Shown here one piece after another: positions 1 to 9,797 of a stretch of DNA of 64,000 nucleotides. Source of the stretch: Candidatus Yanofskybacteria bacterium CG10_big_fil_rev_8_21_14_0_10_36_16 (GTDB lineage: Bacteria; Patescibacteriota; Minisyncoccia; 2-02-FULL-40-12; IGHO2-01-FULL-4-A); assembly GCA_002794035.1 (NCBI GenBank), contig PCXQ01000001.1, positions 3,256-67,255 on the forward strand. The letters are read 5' to 3'. The position numbers and the translations under genes were made by a program. The first letter of the stretch is position 1; each line of letters begins with the position of its first letter. The notes below the pieces were generated by a model. It worked only from the letters and a program-made list of their open reading frames with translations, ran no database searches and had not been told where the DNA came from.

Positions 1-756
1 GTTTGAAATATTGGAATGAGCAACAATATTAGCATTTTGATCTACTATAAAAGTAATGCCTTCTTTACCTATTTTTATTTCTTCAATCCATTTTTGGAAT
101 TTACTCAGCTTTATTTGAAAGAGAAGTATGCCGGCAGGACTACCAAAAGAATTTTTTATAGGAAAAACAAAGGAGGCAACATTATAAGCTGGACTGGTTG
201 ATCTAGTATATATCTCAGAAAGATGGGGCTCCCAATCAGTTATGATATTACGATACCAATTTCTATGAATTAAGCTTGAGCCCAATATTCCGCTTTCAGG
301 GAAGGATGCTTTAGCTATTCCCTCAGTATCGGCAAGGCCTATCAATTCAATAGCTTCGTTGCTTTCTTGAATTGCGGGCGTTATTAATGAGGTTGCTTCT
401 TGCCATTTTCTTTCAATAACTAAATTTGTAATATCTCTGCGAGTAGAATAGTGGTTTCCTATAGTCTTAATTTTTTCTAATTGATTTCTTAGTACCTGAG
501 AAGCTAAAAGTGCTACTGTTTCATTTTTTGTAATAACAGCTGCACTTACGTTTATTCTGGAATGCTCATCTTCTGTGATTAATCCTCCTTCATCTTTTTC
601 TTTGTTAAGCAAAAAATAACTAATACCCACAGATGAAGCAGAAAGCAATATAAAAATTAAAACAGCAGACATTATTATCCCTGTTTTGCCTTTGGTTTTT
701 TCTGAATCGTTTGAGATTAGTGTAGAATTACTTTTTTGCTGACTCTGGTATTCCAT
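1..756 (-). CDS. Partial (C-terminus off window) membrane-anchored protein with a Cache-like extracytoplasmic domain
   Basis: ATG at 756-754 opens a frame that runs to the window edge (not in the ORF track). Translation starts MEYQSQQKSNST, then a TM helix IIMSAVLIFILLSASSVGISYFLL, then a long extracytoplasmic alpha/beta region. Confidence 0.4.
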   Translation of the reverse strand, partial: MEYQSQQKSNSTLISNDSEKTKGKTGIIMSAVLIFILLSASSVGISYFLLNKEKDEGGLITEDEHSRINVSAAVITKNETVALLASQVLRNQLEKIKTIGNHYSTRRDITNLVIERKWQEATSLITPAIQESNEAIELIGLADTEGIAKASFPESGILGSSLIHRNWYRNIITDWEPHLSEIYTRSTSPAYNVASFVFPIKNSFGSPAGILLFQIKLSKFQKWIEEIKIGKEGITFIVDQNANIVAHSNISN

Positions 757-892
757 TTAAATTTATTAATCTTTTACTAATCGACATTCCGACAATGCTT
801 TGTTTTTAAAGGGTTTGTCGGATGTTTTTACTTTAACATATTATTGCTTAAATACGTTATTAAATATTGTGGATATTAATAAAAAATGTTTA

Positions 893-2362
893 TTACAGTT
901 CATAACTATCTCCATCTTTTGGTACTACAGCATCAACTACTAGAATATCTTTTATTTTGCTTGCAAGAACTTCTGATACTTCTCTTTCCCCTTGAACCAC
1001 AAACACTTTTTTTAATCTATGTTCTCCTTCATCTTTATTTTGTTCATTTTGTCTTTGTGTTGTCTCATTAGAACAGCTTTCATCACTCTCAAGGTAGCTA
1101 TTTGCTGCTTTTACCCAGCGCAAAAGCCCTAGTTGGTCTGCATGTGCTGAATATCCTCCTATGGCCACAATGTTGCAGTTTACAGGGATTTCATTTCCAA
1201 AAATTCTTACAGAATTCGATTTTTTACCGACTTTTCTTTTGTCTTTTATTTCAAGAATTGCTCTGCCTAAGGTTCCTATTACCTGATATCCTACAAAAAG
1301 CATGGTTGATTTTGGATCGGGTAAGTATTTTCTTTCGTGGTGCAATATTCTTCCTCCAACACTCATTCCTGATCCTGCAATTATTATTTTGGGTGGAGGC
1401 ACTTCATTTATTGATTTTGATTCATTTACTGTTCTTGTCATCTTTAGTCCTGGGAAATGGAATATGTCATCTCCTGACTCAATAAGCTCTGATGCTTGTT
1501 TATTAAAGTTTTTCTGGTATTTTCTGTATACTTCTGTGATCTTTATTGCCAACGGGCTGTCAACAAATACAGGAATGCGGGGTATTCTTTTGTTTTCTAT
1601 TAATTCATTTAATTCAAAAAGAAGTTCTTGGGTTCTTTCAACTGCAAACGAGGGAATAATCAGTGCCCCGCCTTCCTTAACTGTATTTTCTACGGCGTCT
1701 TCTAGTTTCCCTTTCCTTAGCTCTCTGTCTTCGTGGACCCTATCACCATAAGCTGACTCTATAACCACATAATCAGCATTTCTGACTAATTCAGTAGGAT
1801 TTAAAAATGGTGTAGGCGGATTTCCTAGATCCCCTGAAAAATATATTCTTTTGTATTTCTCTCCTTCTTTCCACTTTATTTCAATTATAGATGACCCCAA
1901 AATATGTCCTGCGTCATGTAATTGTGCCTCGACATCTCCTTGTAAATCAACCTTTTCGTGGAAATCAAGACTTTGTACTAATTCAAGCATTCCTTTAATA
2001 TCTTTTCCTTCATAAAGAGGAGGATGTCCATCTTCTTTTGCTTCTCTTTCAATATGACTTAAGGAATCTGGCAAAGATGCAGTCATCAAGTCTTTTGCAG
2101 GGGTATTTGCATATATTTTACCTCTAAAGCCGTCTTTGTACAATTTGGGTAAGCGCCCCATATGATCTATGTGGCTGTGGGTTATGAAGACAAAATCTAC
2201 TTGGGAAGGATCATAAGAAAAATCTGCATAATTAAAATCTTCTGCGTATTTACTACCCTGGCTTAGACCGCAATCAATTACTATTTTTTGTCCGGAGTCA
2301 GTTTCAAGCAAATAATTAGCTCCAGTAACCTGACCAGCACCTCCGAAAAATGATAATTTCAT
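893..2362 (-). CDS. Metallo-beta-lactamase / beta-CASP ribonuclease (RNase J / CPSF-like)
   Basis: 489 aa. HSHIDH motif (HxHxDH) near the N-terminus; MBL fold followed by a beta-CASP-like region and C-terminal extension. Confidence 0.7.
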   Translation of the reverse strand: MKLSFFGGAGQVTGANYLLETDSGQKIVIDCGLSQGSKYAEDFNYADFSYDPSQVDFVFITHSHIDHMGRLPKLYKDGFRGKIYANTPAKDLMTASLPDSLSHIEREAKEDGHPPLYEGKDIKGMLELVQSLDFHEKVDLQGDVEAQLHDAGHILGSSIIEIKWKEGEKYKRIYFSGDLGNPPTPFLNPTELVRNADYVVIESAYGDRVHEDRELRKGKLEDAVENTVKEGGALIIPSFAVERTQELLFELNELIENKRIPRIPVFVDSPLAIKITEVYRKYQKNFNKQASELIESGDDIFHFPGLKMTRTVNESKSINEVPPPKIIIAGSGMSVGGRILHHERKYLPDPKSTMLFVGYQVIGTLGRAILEIKDKRKVGKKSNSVRIFGNEIPVNCNIVAIGGYSAHADQLGLLRWVKAANSYLESDESCSNETTQRQNEQNKDEGEHRLKKVFVVQGEREVSEVLASKIKDILVVDAVVPKDGDSYEL

Positions 2363-2413
2363 TTACAAATCATATCGACATAACCAATAAAACAAGGGTT
2401 TGTCGGAATATTA

Positions 2414-3259
2414 TTAAATTATTATGTAAAAAATTAAGTAACCTATTATACTTAAAGCAGCAATTGGTGGCAGTGCTGCCATTGGCCGTTTTTTATTTTG
2501 GTTCGTGAATATTAGATGTGTTAAGAAAAGCCCCGCAAGTGAAAATATTAATACAATCACTGATCCTGCAAGTGATGTTTTGGCTACAGATGATGTGAGT
2601 ATCAAGGGCATTACTATATCCCCTGAACCTAATATCATAAAATTATCTCCTGGAGTAACGTTGTTTAATCTTTCTGTGACAAGATTTAATTTTGATGGAA
2701 TTACAAAACCAAATATTGCTTTTGATTCAATCATTGCTTTTGCCATGCTAATCATGTGTTTTGTTTTGTAAACAGCTATTATGTCATAAATTGAAAGAAC
2801 AGCTAGTAAAATAACGGCGAACAAAGGCGTCACAGTAAGGCCAAATAAGGCTCCTATTCCTGCAATAGCGATTACCATTACTATATTTTGAATTATAACA
2901 TTATTCCTATATAAAAATAATCCTATTAATACCAAAGAGACAATGAGAGAGATGTAAGGGTTTAGAAATGATCCTAGGGATAGCTGTAAACCGCTAAAGA
3001 CAGCTAGTGTTAAAAATACTTTAAAAAAAATAGTTCCTGCTTTGCCGCCCTTTTTACTAAAAAATATAAAAAGAACTAATATGACTGCCAATATGATTAT
3101 GTCTAAAAGATTAAAGCTTAGCCCTTCAGACATGGCAACTGTTTCTTCTGGGGGTAATGCCAGTAGTTTTAATGTTACGGCTAATCCGAGGATTTGAGTG
3201 GCCAAGAAAGGTATTAATTCTTTTATGTATGAGCCAAGGTTTAGGTTTATATCCTTCAT
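2414..3259 (-). CDS. Presenilin / signal-peptide-peptidase-like intramembrane aspartyl protease (A22 / DUF1119-like)
   Basis: Polytopic membrane protein. YD motif (SIYDIIAVY) followed by GxGD (LGSGDIVMP) and a PAL-like AALPP near the C-terminus. Confidence 0.5.
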   Translation of the reverse strand: MKDINLNLGSYIKELIPFLATQILGLAVTLKLLALPPEETVAMSEGLSFNLLDIIILAVILVLFIFFSKKGGKAGTIFFKVFLTLAVFSGLQLSLGSFLNPYISLIVSLVLIGLFLYRNNVIIQNIVMVIAIAGIGALFGLTVTPLFAVILLAVLSIYDIIAVYKTKHMISMAKAMIESKAIFGFVIPSKLNLVTERLNNVTPGDNFMILGSGDIVMPLILTSSVAKTSLAGSVIVLIFSLAGLFLTHLIFTNQNKKRPMAALPPIAALSIIGYLIFYIII

Positions 3260-3322
3260 AAAGGTTAATAATTATTATTATATTTTAACAAATTTAGACA
3301 AATAAATTTAGCATTATAAGTT

Positions 3323-3760
3323 TTATAAGTCTCTTACAATTACTGTACCCCTCTCTAATTCATTATAAAAATTGTGATAACTAAATATTCCTGATTTTGA
3401 AAATCTATAAATGTATGATTCTCCAACCTTGACATCATTTATGCTATCGAGGCCAGAGAGTACTTCCTCGCCGTTATCGCCAATGTCTGAAATAACTCGT
3501 AATGATGTTAGTCCATCGTTTTGAAATTTAACAGTATCGCCTACTCGTATTCTTAGGTTGGTTGGGCTAAAAACTCCTGCCTTATAAAAAACAGAATAAA
3601 TCCTCGGTTTCCTGTTGTTTATTAAAGAGCCATTCGCAGTAACGTTAGTTGTTTGAAGTTGTGAAGTGGTTTCTCCAAAGTGAATTAATGCCAAAATAAA
3701 AACTGCCAGCACTAGCATTATTTCAAACCACATTAATCCATTATTGGATCTTTGTTCCAT
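3323..3760 (-). CDS. Membrane-anchored cupredoxin-like domain protein (no obvious Cu ligands)
   Basis: N-terminal TM helix; beta-rich domain with RIRVGDTVKFQNDG. No Cys present. Confidence 0.3.
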   Translation of the reverse strand: MEQRSNNGLMWFEIMLVLAVFILALIHFGETTSQLQTTNVTANGSLINNRKPRIYSVFYKAGVFSPTNLRIRVGDTVKFQNDGLTSLRVISDIGDNGEEVLSGLDSINDVKVGESYIYRFSKSGIFSYHNFYNELERGTVIVRDL

Positions 3761-3810
3761 GTAATTATTTTAACACCTACTGCCTGAGTAAGCAAAAAAA
3801 AGCCCCGATA

Positions 3811-4287
3811 TTAATATCGAGGAAGAACATTGTTTATGGTTTTGATCAGATCTACAACTGAATCAGAATGGGTTGTTATGATTTTTATAATGAAGCTGTT
3901 GCACTGTACAACCCGCAGGTCTTGATTAAATGATAGTTTTGGTTGTGTTCTTTTTTTTCTTTTTGCATCCCATCCATTTTCTGCATCACGTAAGAAATTT
4001 TTATCTCTGGTGACTATAAAAAATTTAGTTTTCGGAGTTATTAGTTTAGGAGGAGTATGGGTTAGTTTCCATATAAAATCTAGAATTACTTGAAAGTCAG
4101 ATAAGTGGAGAAAGCTAAGCTCACCGGAATGTCGAAAGATTAGTGGATTAGGAGATCTCAAACGATGGCGGCACATGTATTCTTTGTTGTTTCGGCAACT
4201 GTTCGTACATGGTTTGAGTCTAGATGCACATGCATCAAAATATAATACTAAATCATAAGGTTGCTTTTTCTTTCCCCTGTTCCTCAA
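3811..4287 (-). CDS. Hypothetical protein (weak NYN/YacP-like resemblance)
   Basis: 158 aa. LVLYFDA and FFIVTRDKNF segments recall NYN/YacP nucleases, but the N-terminal motif is missing. Confidence 0.25.
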   Translation of the reverse strand: MRNRGKKKQPYDLVLYFDACASRLKPCTNSCRNNKEYMCRHRLRSPNPLIFRHSGELSFLHLSDFQVILDFIWKLTHTPPKLITPKTKFFIVTRDKNFLRDAENGWDAKRKKRTQPKLSFNQDLRVVQCNSFIIKIITTHSDSVVDLIKTINNVLPRY

Positions 4288-4331
4288 GTATAATCTCCTT
4301 TTTAAAGATCTTTATTTCTGCTTTTATGTTA

Positions 4332-5570
4332 TCAATATTTAAGAAACTCTTCAACCACAGCCTTGTCAGACCACTGAATCTTCTTGTTATTTGATACTGC
4401 CATGGATGTTTCAGACCCTTTGCCTGTTATTATTACTGTATCGTCTTTTTTTGCTAGCGATAAAGCTTTTTTGATCGCATCTTGTCTGTTTATTATTAAA
4501 TTATAACCATTGTTCAAATTTGAAAAACCCGACACAATTTCTTGCAAAATTTCCTCAGGATTTTCATCGTAGGGATCCTCGTTTGTAAGTACGATTTCAT
4601 CACAATATTTTTCGGCAATGCGTCCAAAAGAGGATCTCTTCCATTTGTCTCTCCCTCCTCCTGCAGCTCCAAGTACACAAACAAGTTTAGAATTGTCCTT
4701 TTTGAGGGTCTGATAAACTTTTTCTAAACTGTCTGGTGTATGGGCGTAATCAACAACAACATCAAACGGTTGTCCCTTTTTTATGAATTCCATTCTACCG
4801 GGAACCTTTTCTATTTTTTCAAGTTCATTTTTCGCTTCTTTTGGGTTAATGCCATATGCTTTCGAGATGGCTAGTGCTGCCAGACCATTATAAATATTAA
4901 AATTGCCAACAAGTTTTAATTTGAGCTCAGTGTCTTTTTGATTGACATCTCCTTCTTGCATCCCGAAGGTTATTTTTTGGTCTGATTTAATTTCAATGAA
5001 GTCTTTAGATTGTTTGTCATCTATGTTTATTATATGTATAGCGTTTGTCTTAAAAAATAATTTTTGCTTTGCTTGCAAATAGTTTTCAAATGAGCCATGA
5101 CTCTCAATGTGTTCTTTGTGTATTCCTGTGAAAACAGCACAATTTACATTTATGCCTGCAAGACGATTTTGGGCCAGTCCCTCAGAAGTTGCTTCAAGTA
5201 TTACATATTTTGCTCCTGATTTTTTTGCATTATATAAAAATTTTTGCAACTTCATTCTGCCCGGCATCGTCATCTTTAGAGAGTTTGGCCATGTTTTATC
5301 CTTTATTTTAAAACCAAGTGATCCAATTGATGCGACGGGAATTCCAGCTTTTTCAAATATTCTTGTTGTCATATATACAACAGTTGACTTACCTTTTGTG
5401 CCGGTTACCGCTATTATTTTAAGGTTTTTTGAAGGAAATCCATAAAATATTCCTCCTAGTATAGATAAAAATCCATGGTAATATGGCTGAGTAAATTTAA
5501 ATATTGATCTAGGAATTAACTTACGTCCAATATCTAAAACCTTATTTAAGATATATAATTCTTTAAACAT
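4332..5570 (-). CDS. murE: Mur ligase family, UDP-N-acetylmuramoyl-tripeptide synthetase (MurE-like, short N-terminus)
   Basis: GTKGKST P-loop, LEATSEG, DYAHTPDSLEKV (MurE signature DYAHTPDAL). Confidence 0.6.
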   Translation of the reverse strand: MFKELYILNKVLDIGRKLIPRSIFKFTQPYYHGFLSILGGIFYGFPSKNLKIIAVTGTKGKSTVVYMTTRIFEKAGIPVASIGSLGFKIKDKTWPNSLKMTMPGRMKLQKFLYNAKKSGAKYVILEATSEGLAQNRLAGINVNCAVFTGIHKEHIESHGSFENYLQAKQKLFFKTNAIHIINIDDKQSKDFIEIKSDQKITFGMQEGDVNQKDTELKLKLVGNFNIYNGLAALAISKAYGINPKEAKNELEKIEKVPGRMEFIKKGQPFDVVVDYAHTPDSLEKVYQTLKKDNSKLVCVLGAAGGGRDKWKRSSFGRIAEKYCDEIVLTNEDPYDENPEEILQEIVSGFSNLNNGYNLIINRQDAIKKALSLAKKDDTVIITGKGSETSMAVSNNKKIQWSDKAVVEEFLKY

Positions 5571-5593
5571 GTTATATTAATGATTATTAATGT

Positions 5594-6514
5594 TTATAAT
5601 ACCTTCTTGCCTATAATATAAAGCCAGTACCACAGCTTATTTATAGGTAAATCAAAAGAACCAAAATACTCAATTTCACTACCTCCCCAACCTTTTTTAA
5701 ATCTTGTAACTCCGGGCCACTTTTTTTCATCAATCCCCCAAAAATCATAATGTTTTAATCCTGCTGATTTTAAAAATTTTATAATTTCCCAATGAAGCAC
5801 GAAGGGTGCCATGGCGGCTCTCATATTATAGTCAGATGCTCCATGAAGATAATAGCCGGTTTCTTTAAAAATTAATATTAAAGCAGAAGCTACAGGTTTT
5901 GAATTAAATTCAGCCGTAAAGATTTTGATTTGTATATCATCACTATTTTTAAAGTAGTCTATAAGCTTATGGTAGTAATTTTCAGAATGAGTGCTGAATT
6001 TGTCTTTAATAGATGTTTTTTTGAGAAGTTGCCAAAAAGTTTCTACATTATTATGTTGCTCTACTATTATAGAATGTTTTTTAGCAACGCGAATGTTGTA
6101 ACGAGTTTTAGAGTGCATTTCTGATAAAAGCTCATCTTCAGTTTTTTCTAAATTTAAAATCTGGGTCTTGTTGGGTTGAATTTGTTTTTTTGATTTTCTA
6201 AAACCTGATTCAATAAGTTTATCCGAAATTTTTTTAGACAATGGTTCTGCTTTTATGTAAATATATTTTTTTTCTTTTGAAATTTTTTTTAAATAAGATA
6301 CAAAATTTTCCGGAGAGAATTTGTCCTCATTGACAGCTAATGGTCCATGGGGTATATATAAATAATTTTTATTGACATATGGCATGTCGTGTTCTATTAT
6401 TTCAGCCCTAATTTCTCCCTCATGGTATTCAAAAACATTCCTGCCAATGTGCCTTTGGAATTCTAACCACGATTTTGATTGTAAAAATGACTCCATGTTT
6501 GAATTGAACATCAA
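5594..6514 (-). CDS. FemAB-family peptidoglycan interpeptide-bridge aminoacyl transferase
   Basis: 306 aa; TRFKKGWGG motif typical of FemX/FemAB. Sits directly downstream of murE. Confidence 0.55.
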   Translation of the reverse strand: MMFNSNMESFLQSKSWLEFQRHIGRNVFEYHEGEIRAEIIEHDMPYVNKNYLYIPHGPLAVNEDKFSPENFVSYLKKISKEKKYIYIKAEPLSKKISDKLIESGFRKSKKQIQPNKTQILNLEKTEDELLSEMHSKTRYNIRVAKKHSIIVEQHNNVETFWQLLKKTSIKDKFSTHSENYYHKLIDYFKNSDDIQIKIFTAEFNSKPVASALILIFKETGYYLHGASDYNMRAAMAPFVLHWEIIKFLKSAGLKHYDFWGIDEKKWPGVTRFKKGWGGSEIEYFGSFDLPINKLWYWLYIIGKKVL

Positions 6515-6642
6515 TAAATATTTATTCCTAAGTTATTTTTAATAGTCTAGTTAAAATATGTTAAATATGCACGTATTTCCTTACTAGAATATCTTATTAA
6601 ATAGATAAATTGACCCTAGACAGGGTCAATTTTGGGAGGTTT

Positions 6643-7227
6643 CTACTTCCCTAATATTTTGAGTGCATTAGTTATTTTTTCTTCTATAGTAGTGGCTTCT
6701 TTTGATGATTTTAGGGCTTCTATCGCTTGGTGTTGAGAATATCCTAGAGTCATTAAGGCATCGGCTGCCTCTCCTTCAAGAGCTAGGTTTCTCCCCGACT
6801 CATTGCTTGATTCACCAATTGTGATGACTTTATTTTTAAGTTCTAGAATTAGTCTTTGGGCAGTTTTGAGTCCAATGCTTGCTGTCTTGCTTAAGTATTT
6901 ATGGTCTCCTTGTATTATGCCTAGTTGAAGCGTGGCAAGATCAACAGAAGATAATATTGATTGGGCAGACTTTGGACCTATGCCAGAAACCGTGGTCAGC
7001 AGTTCAAAGAAATTTAACTCTTCGGGCGTGTTAAAACCATAAAGCTCAACGCTCCCGTCTCTAGGATTTAGTGTAAAGTGGGTGTAAAACTTGACTTTGT
7101 CTCCTATATTTGATAGAATATTTCTGTTTTTTTCAGATATGGCCACTCTGTAGCCTACTCCATTTACGTCAATTATTGCATATTTTTCCCCTAAAGATAT
7201 TAATTTTCCTTCAACATAACCAATCAT
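6643..7227 (-). CDS. ruvA: Holliday junction DNA helicase RuvA
   Basis: MIGYVEGKL...GVGYRV N-terminus; HhH motifs GIGPKSA. Confidence 0.9.
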   Translation of the reverse strand: MIGYVEGKLISLGEKYAIIDVNGVGYRVAISEKNRNILSNIGDKVKFYTHFTLNPRDGSVELYGFNTPEELNFFELLTTVSGIGPKSAQSILSSVDLATLQLGIIQGDHKYLSKTASIGLKTAQRLILELKNKVITIGESSNESGRNLALEGEAADALMTLGYSQHQAIEALKSSKEATTIEEKITNALKILGK

Positions 7228-7380
7228 GCTTTTATATTATCCCTTTTGGTTATATTTTTCAATCTATACAGAACTTACACGCTTGAGCATAAGCCCCCAA
7301 AATAAAGGGCTTATCTTGCTCAAGCCACAAGGGTTTGGCCAAACGCGTAAGCCTTACTATAATAATTTAACCTTAAATAA

Positions 7381-9423
7381 TTGTTTAAATTAAGCTCAAA
7401 ATTTAAGCCTACAGGCGACCAGCCCCAAGCAATAGATAGGCTGATACGAGGAATTAAAACAGGCGAAAAACACCAGACGCTTTTAGGCGTGACGGGTTCC
7501 GGCAAGACCTTTACTATTGCAAACGTAATCGCGAATGTTAAAAAGCCAACTCTTGTAATATCTCATAATAAGACCCTTGCAGCCCAGTTATATCAGGAGT
7601 TTAAAGAGTTTTTTCCGGAAAATGCCGTTCATTATTTTGTTAGTTACTATGATTATTATCAGCCAGAGGCCTATATTCCCCATTCAGACACGTATATTGA
7701 AAAAGATGCCAAAATAAACGAAGAAATAGACCGTCTTAGACATGCTTCAACCCAAGCTCTTATAAGTCGAGACGATGTTATTGTTGTGGCCTCGGTTTCT
7801 TGTATTTATAACCTTGGTTCTCCTGAAGATTATGATAATTTGTGTTTGGATGTTGTTGAGGGTCAAAAAGTAAGGCCGGGAGAAATTGCTGGGCATCTTG
7901 CCAGATTGCAATACGGATATGAACTTGAGCTTAAAAGAGGTACTTTCAGGAAATCAACAAAAGAAATAGAAGTAGCATCAGCTACCGGCGATAGGATTAC
8001 AAAAATAAAATTTAAGGGCAATGTTGTAGAAAAAATATCAGTTGCTGACAACGTTGAATTAGATGACATATTTTATAAAGATCCTAAGTTTGAGAAGGTT
8101 GTTGAAACAAAAATATTCCCTGCAAAGTATTGGATTGCCACAAATGACAAAACTGATTTGGCTATACAAAACATAAGGGCAGAACTGCAAAAACACATTA
8201 AAAAACTAGACAAGGAGGGGCTTTATGTAGAAGCAGAGCGTCTTAAATCAAGAACCGAATATGATATGGATATGATCAAAACCGCCGGTTATTGTCATGG
8301 AATTGAAAACTACTCAAGCCATCTTGATTTTAGAAAACCCGGAGAACCTCCATATACACTATTGAACTTTTTTTCCGCCAAAGGTGGATCCGCCTCCGGA
8401 GGAAAGACTAAGGGAGATTTTTTAACAATAATAGATGAATCTCACATGACTATTCCTCAAATAAGAGGTATGTATGGCGGGGATCATTCAAGGAAGACAA
8501 CATTGGTTAAGCATGGATTCCGCTTGCCTTCTGCCATTGATAATAGGCCTTTAAAGTTTGATGAGTTTGAAAAAAAAATTGATCAGAGAATATATGTATC
8601 TGCGACCCCTGGTCCCTATGAGCTTAAAAAAACAAAGAAAAGCAACGTTGTGGAGCAGTTTGTTAGACCCACAGGACTTCTTGATCCAGTTGTAGAAATT
8701 AAGCCAACAAAAAACCAGATCCCCCATTTAATATCTGAGATAAAGAAAAGAAACGATAATAACCAAAGAACTCTTGTCACAACCATTACAAAAAGGATGG
8801 CGGAAGACTTGTCAGAACATTTGGCGGACGAAGGCATAAAAGTAAATTATATTCATTCGGAGATCAAAACTTTAGATAGGCTTGAAATCATAAGGGATTT
8901 GCGTCTTGGCAGATACGATGTTGTTGTAGGGGTTAATTTGTTGAGAGAGGGTTTGGATTTGCCCGAGGTATCTCTTATCGCTATTCTTGATGCAGACAAA
9001 GAGGGCTTTTTAAGAAATGCGACAACCCTGGTTCAGACAATGGGCAGAGCAGCAAGGCATATTGAGGGAAGAATCATAATGTATGCTGACAAGATAACAA
9101 AATCTATGCAATTTGCTATTGATGAGACAGAAAGACGTAGAAAAATTCAAGAGACCCATAATAAAAAACACGGAATAACGCCAAAAACTATCATAAAGGA
9201 GATAGGTCAAAATTATTTGCCGGCAGGAAAAGGAAAAAAAGAAAAGATAAGCCGTTGGACTAGTTATGATCCTAAAGACGAAGAAGAACCAGAGAAAATG
9301 CTTCCTGAACAGCGTCTTGAATATCTTGAAAAAGAGATGAAGAATGCGGCTAAAAGACTACAATTTGAAAAGGCTATGATTATGCGTGAAGAGGTTTTAA
9401 GGTTAAGAAAAGAAGTTGGCTAG
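7381..9423 (+). CDS. uvrB: Excinuclease ABC subunit B
   Basis: TTG start right after an in-frame stop. FKLSSKFKPTGDQPQAI, GVTGSGKTF, full UvrB helicase motifs and the C-terminal UvrB/C interaction helix. Confidence 0.9.
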   Translation: MFKLSSKFKPTGDQPQAIDRLIRGIKTGEKHQTLLGVTGSGKTFTIANVIANVKKPTLVISHNKTLAAQLYQEFKEFFPENAVHYFVSYYDYYQPEAYIPHSDTYIEKDAKINEEIDRLRHASTQALISRDDVIVVASVSCIYNLGSPEDYDNLCLDVVEGQKVRPGEIAGHLARLQYGYELELKRGTFRKSTKEIEVASATGDRITKIKFKGNVVEKISVADNVELDDIFYKDPKFEKVVETKIFPAKYWIATNDKTDLAIQNIRAELQKHIKKLDKEGLYVEAERLKSRTEYDMDMIKTAGYCHGIENYSSHLDFRKPGEPPYTLLNFFSAKGGSASGGKTKGDFLTIIDESHMTIPQIRGMYGGDHSRKTTLVKHGFRLPSAIDNRPLKFDEFEKKIDQRIYVSATPGPYELKKTKKSNVVEQFVRPTGLLDPVVEIKPTKNQIPHLISEIKKRNDNNQRTLVTTITKRMAEDLSEHLADEGIKVNYIHSEIKTLDRLEIIRDLRLGRYDVVVGVNLLREGLDLPEVSLIAILDADKEGFLRNATTLVQTMGRAARHIEGRIIMYADKITKSMQFAIDETERRRKIQETHNKKHGITPKTIIKEIGQNYLPAGKGKKEKISRWTSYDPKDEEEPEKMLPEQRLEYLEKEMKNAAKRLQFEKAMIMREEVLRLRKEVG

Positions 9424-9444
9424 ATATAAACAATAAACAAAACA

Positions 9445-9480
9445 ATCCCCCGCAATTGCGGGGGGTTTGTGTTTTTTTTA
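9445..9480. terminator. Bidirectional intrinsic terminator
   Basis: CCCCCGCAATTGCGGGGGG hairpin followed by a T-run; between convergent uvrB and the dnaJ-cluster tail. Confidence 0.7.
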
Positions 9481-9720
9481 CTTTACTCTAATTAGAATAA
9501 TATCATCTGCTCTTTCAACTTCTCCAAGAATGGCGCTATTGCCTAGTTTTAATCTTAATCCTTCAACGGAATTTCCTCTGGATTCTTTGCAAGAAAAGCC
9601 ACAGCCTCTCTTTGTCTTTTTTTGGAGTACCCACATTTTAAGGTTTTCCTCGATTCCAACAGCAGCGTCTATTAAGTCGCCACAATGCCCTTGGTGTAAA
9701 ATTCCTGCATACATAAGCAC
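9478..9720 (-). CDS. Small Cys-containing protein (weak Nfu/NifU-like pattern)
   Basis: 80 aa; HCGD...GCGFSC spacing loosely resembles an Nfu C-terminal domain. An in-frame stop lies directly upstream. Confidence 0.25.
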   Translation of the reverse strand: MLMYAGILHQGHCGDLIDAAVGIEENLKMWVLQKKTKRGCGFSCKESRGNSVEGLRLKLGNSAILGEVERADDIILIRVK

Positions 9721-9797
9721 TCCTTATAAAAAATATTCGCGAAAGGTGCTTGTTGTATAATAATACAAAATTATGTTTTGGTCAATACTATTGTTGT

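Noticed and set aside
7320-7505. 61-aa minus-strand ORF across the uvrB start
   Set aside because: It overlaps the uvrB N-terminus and the promoter hairpin; a translation artefact.
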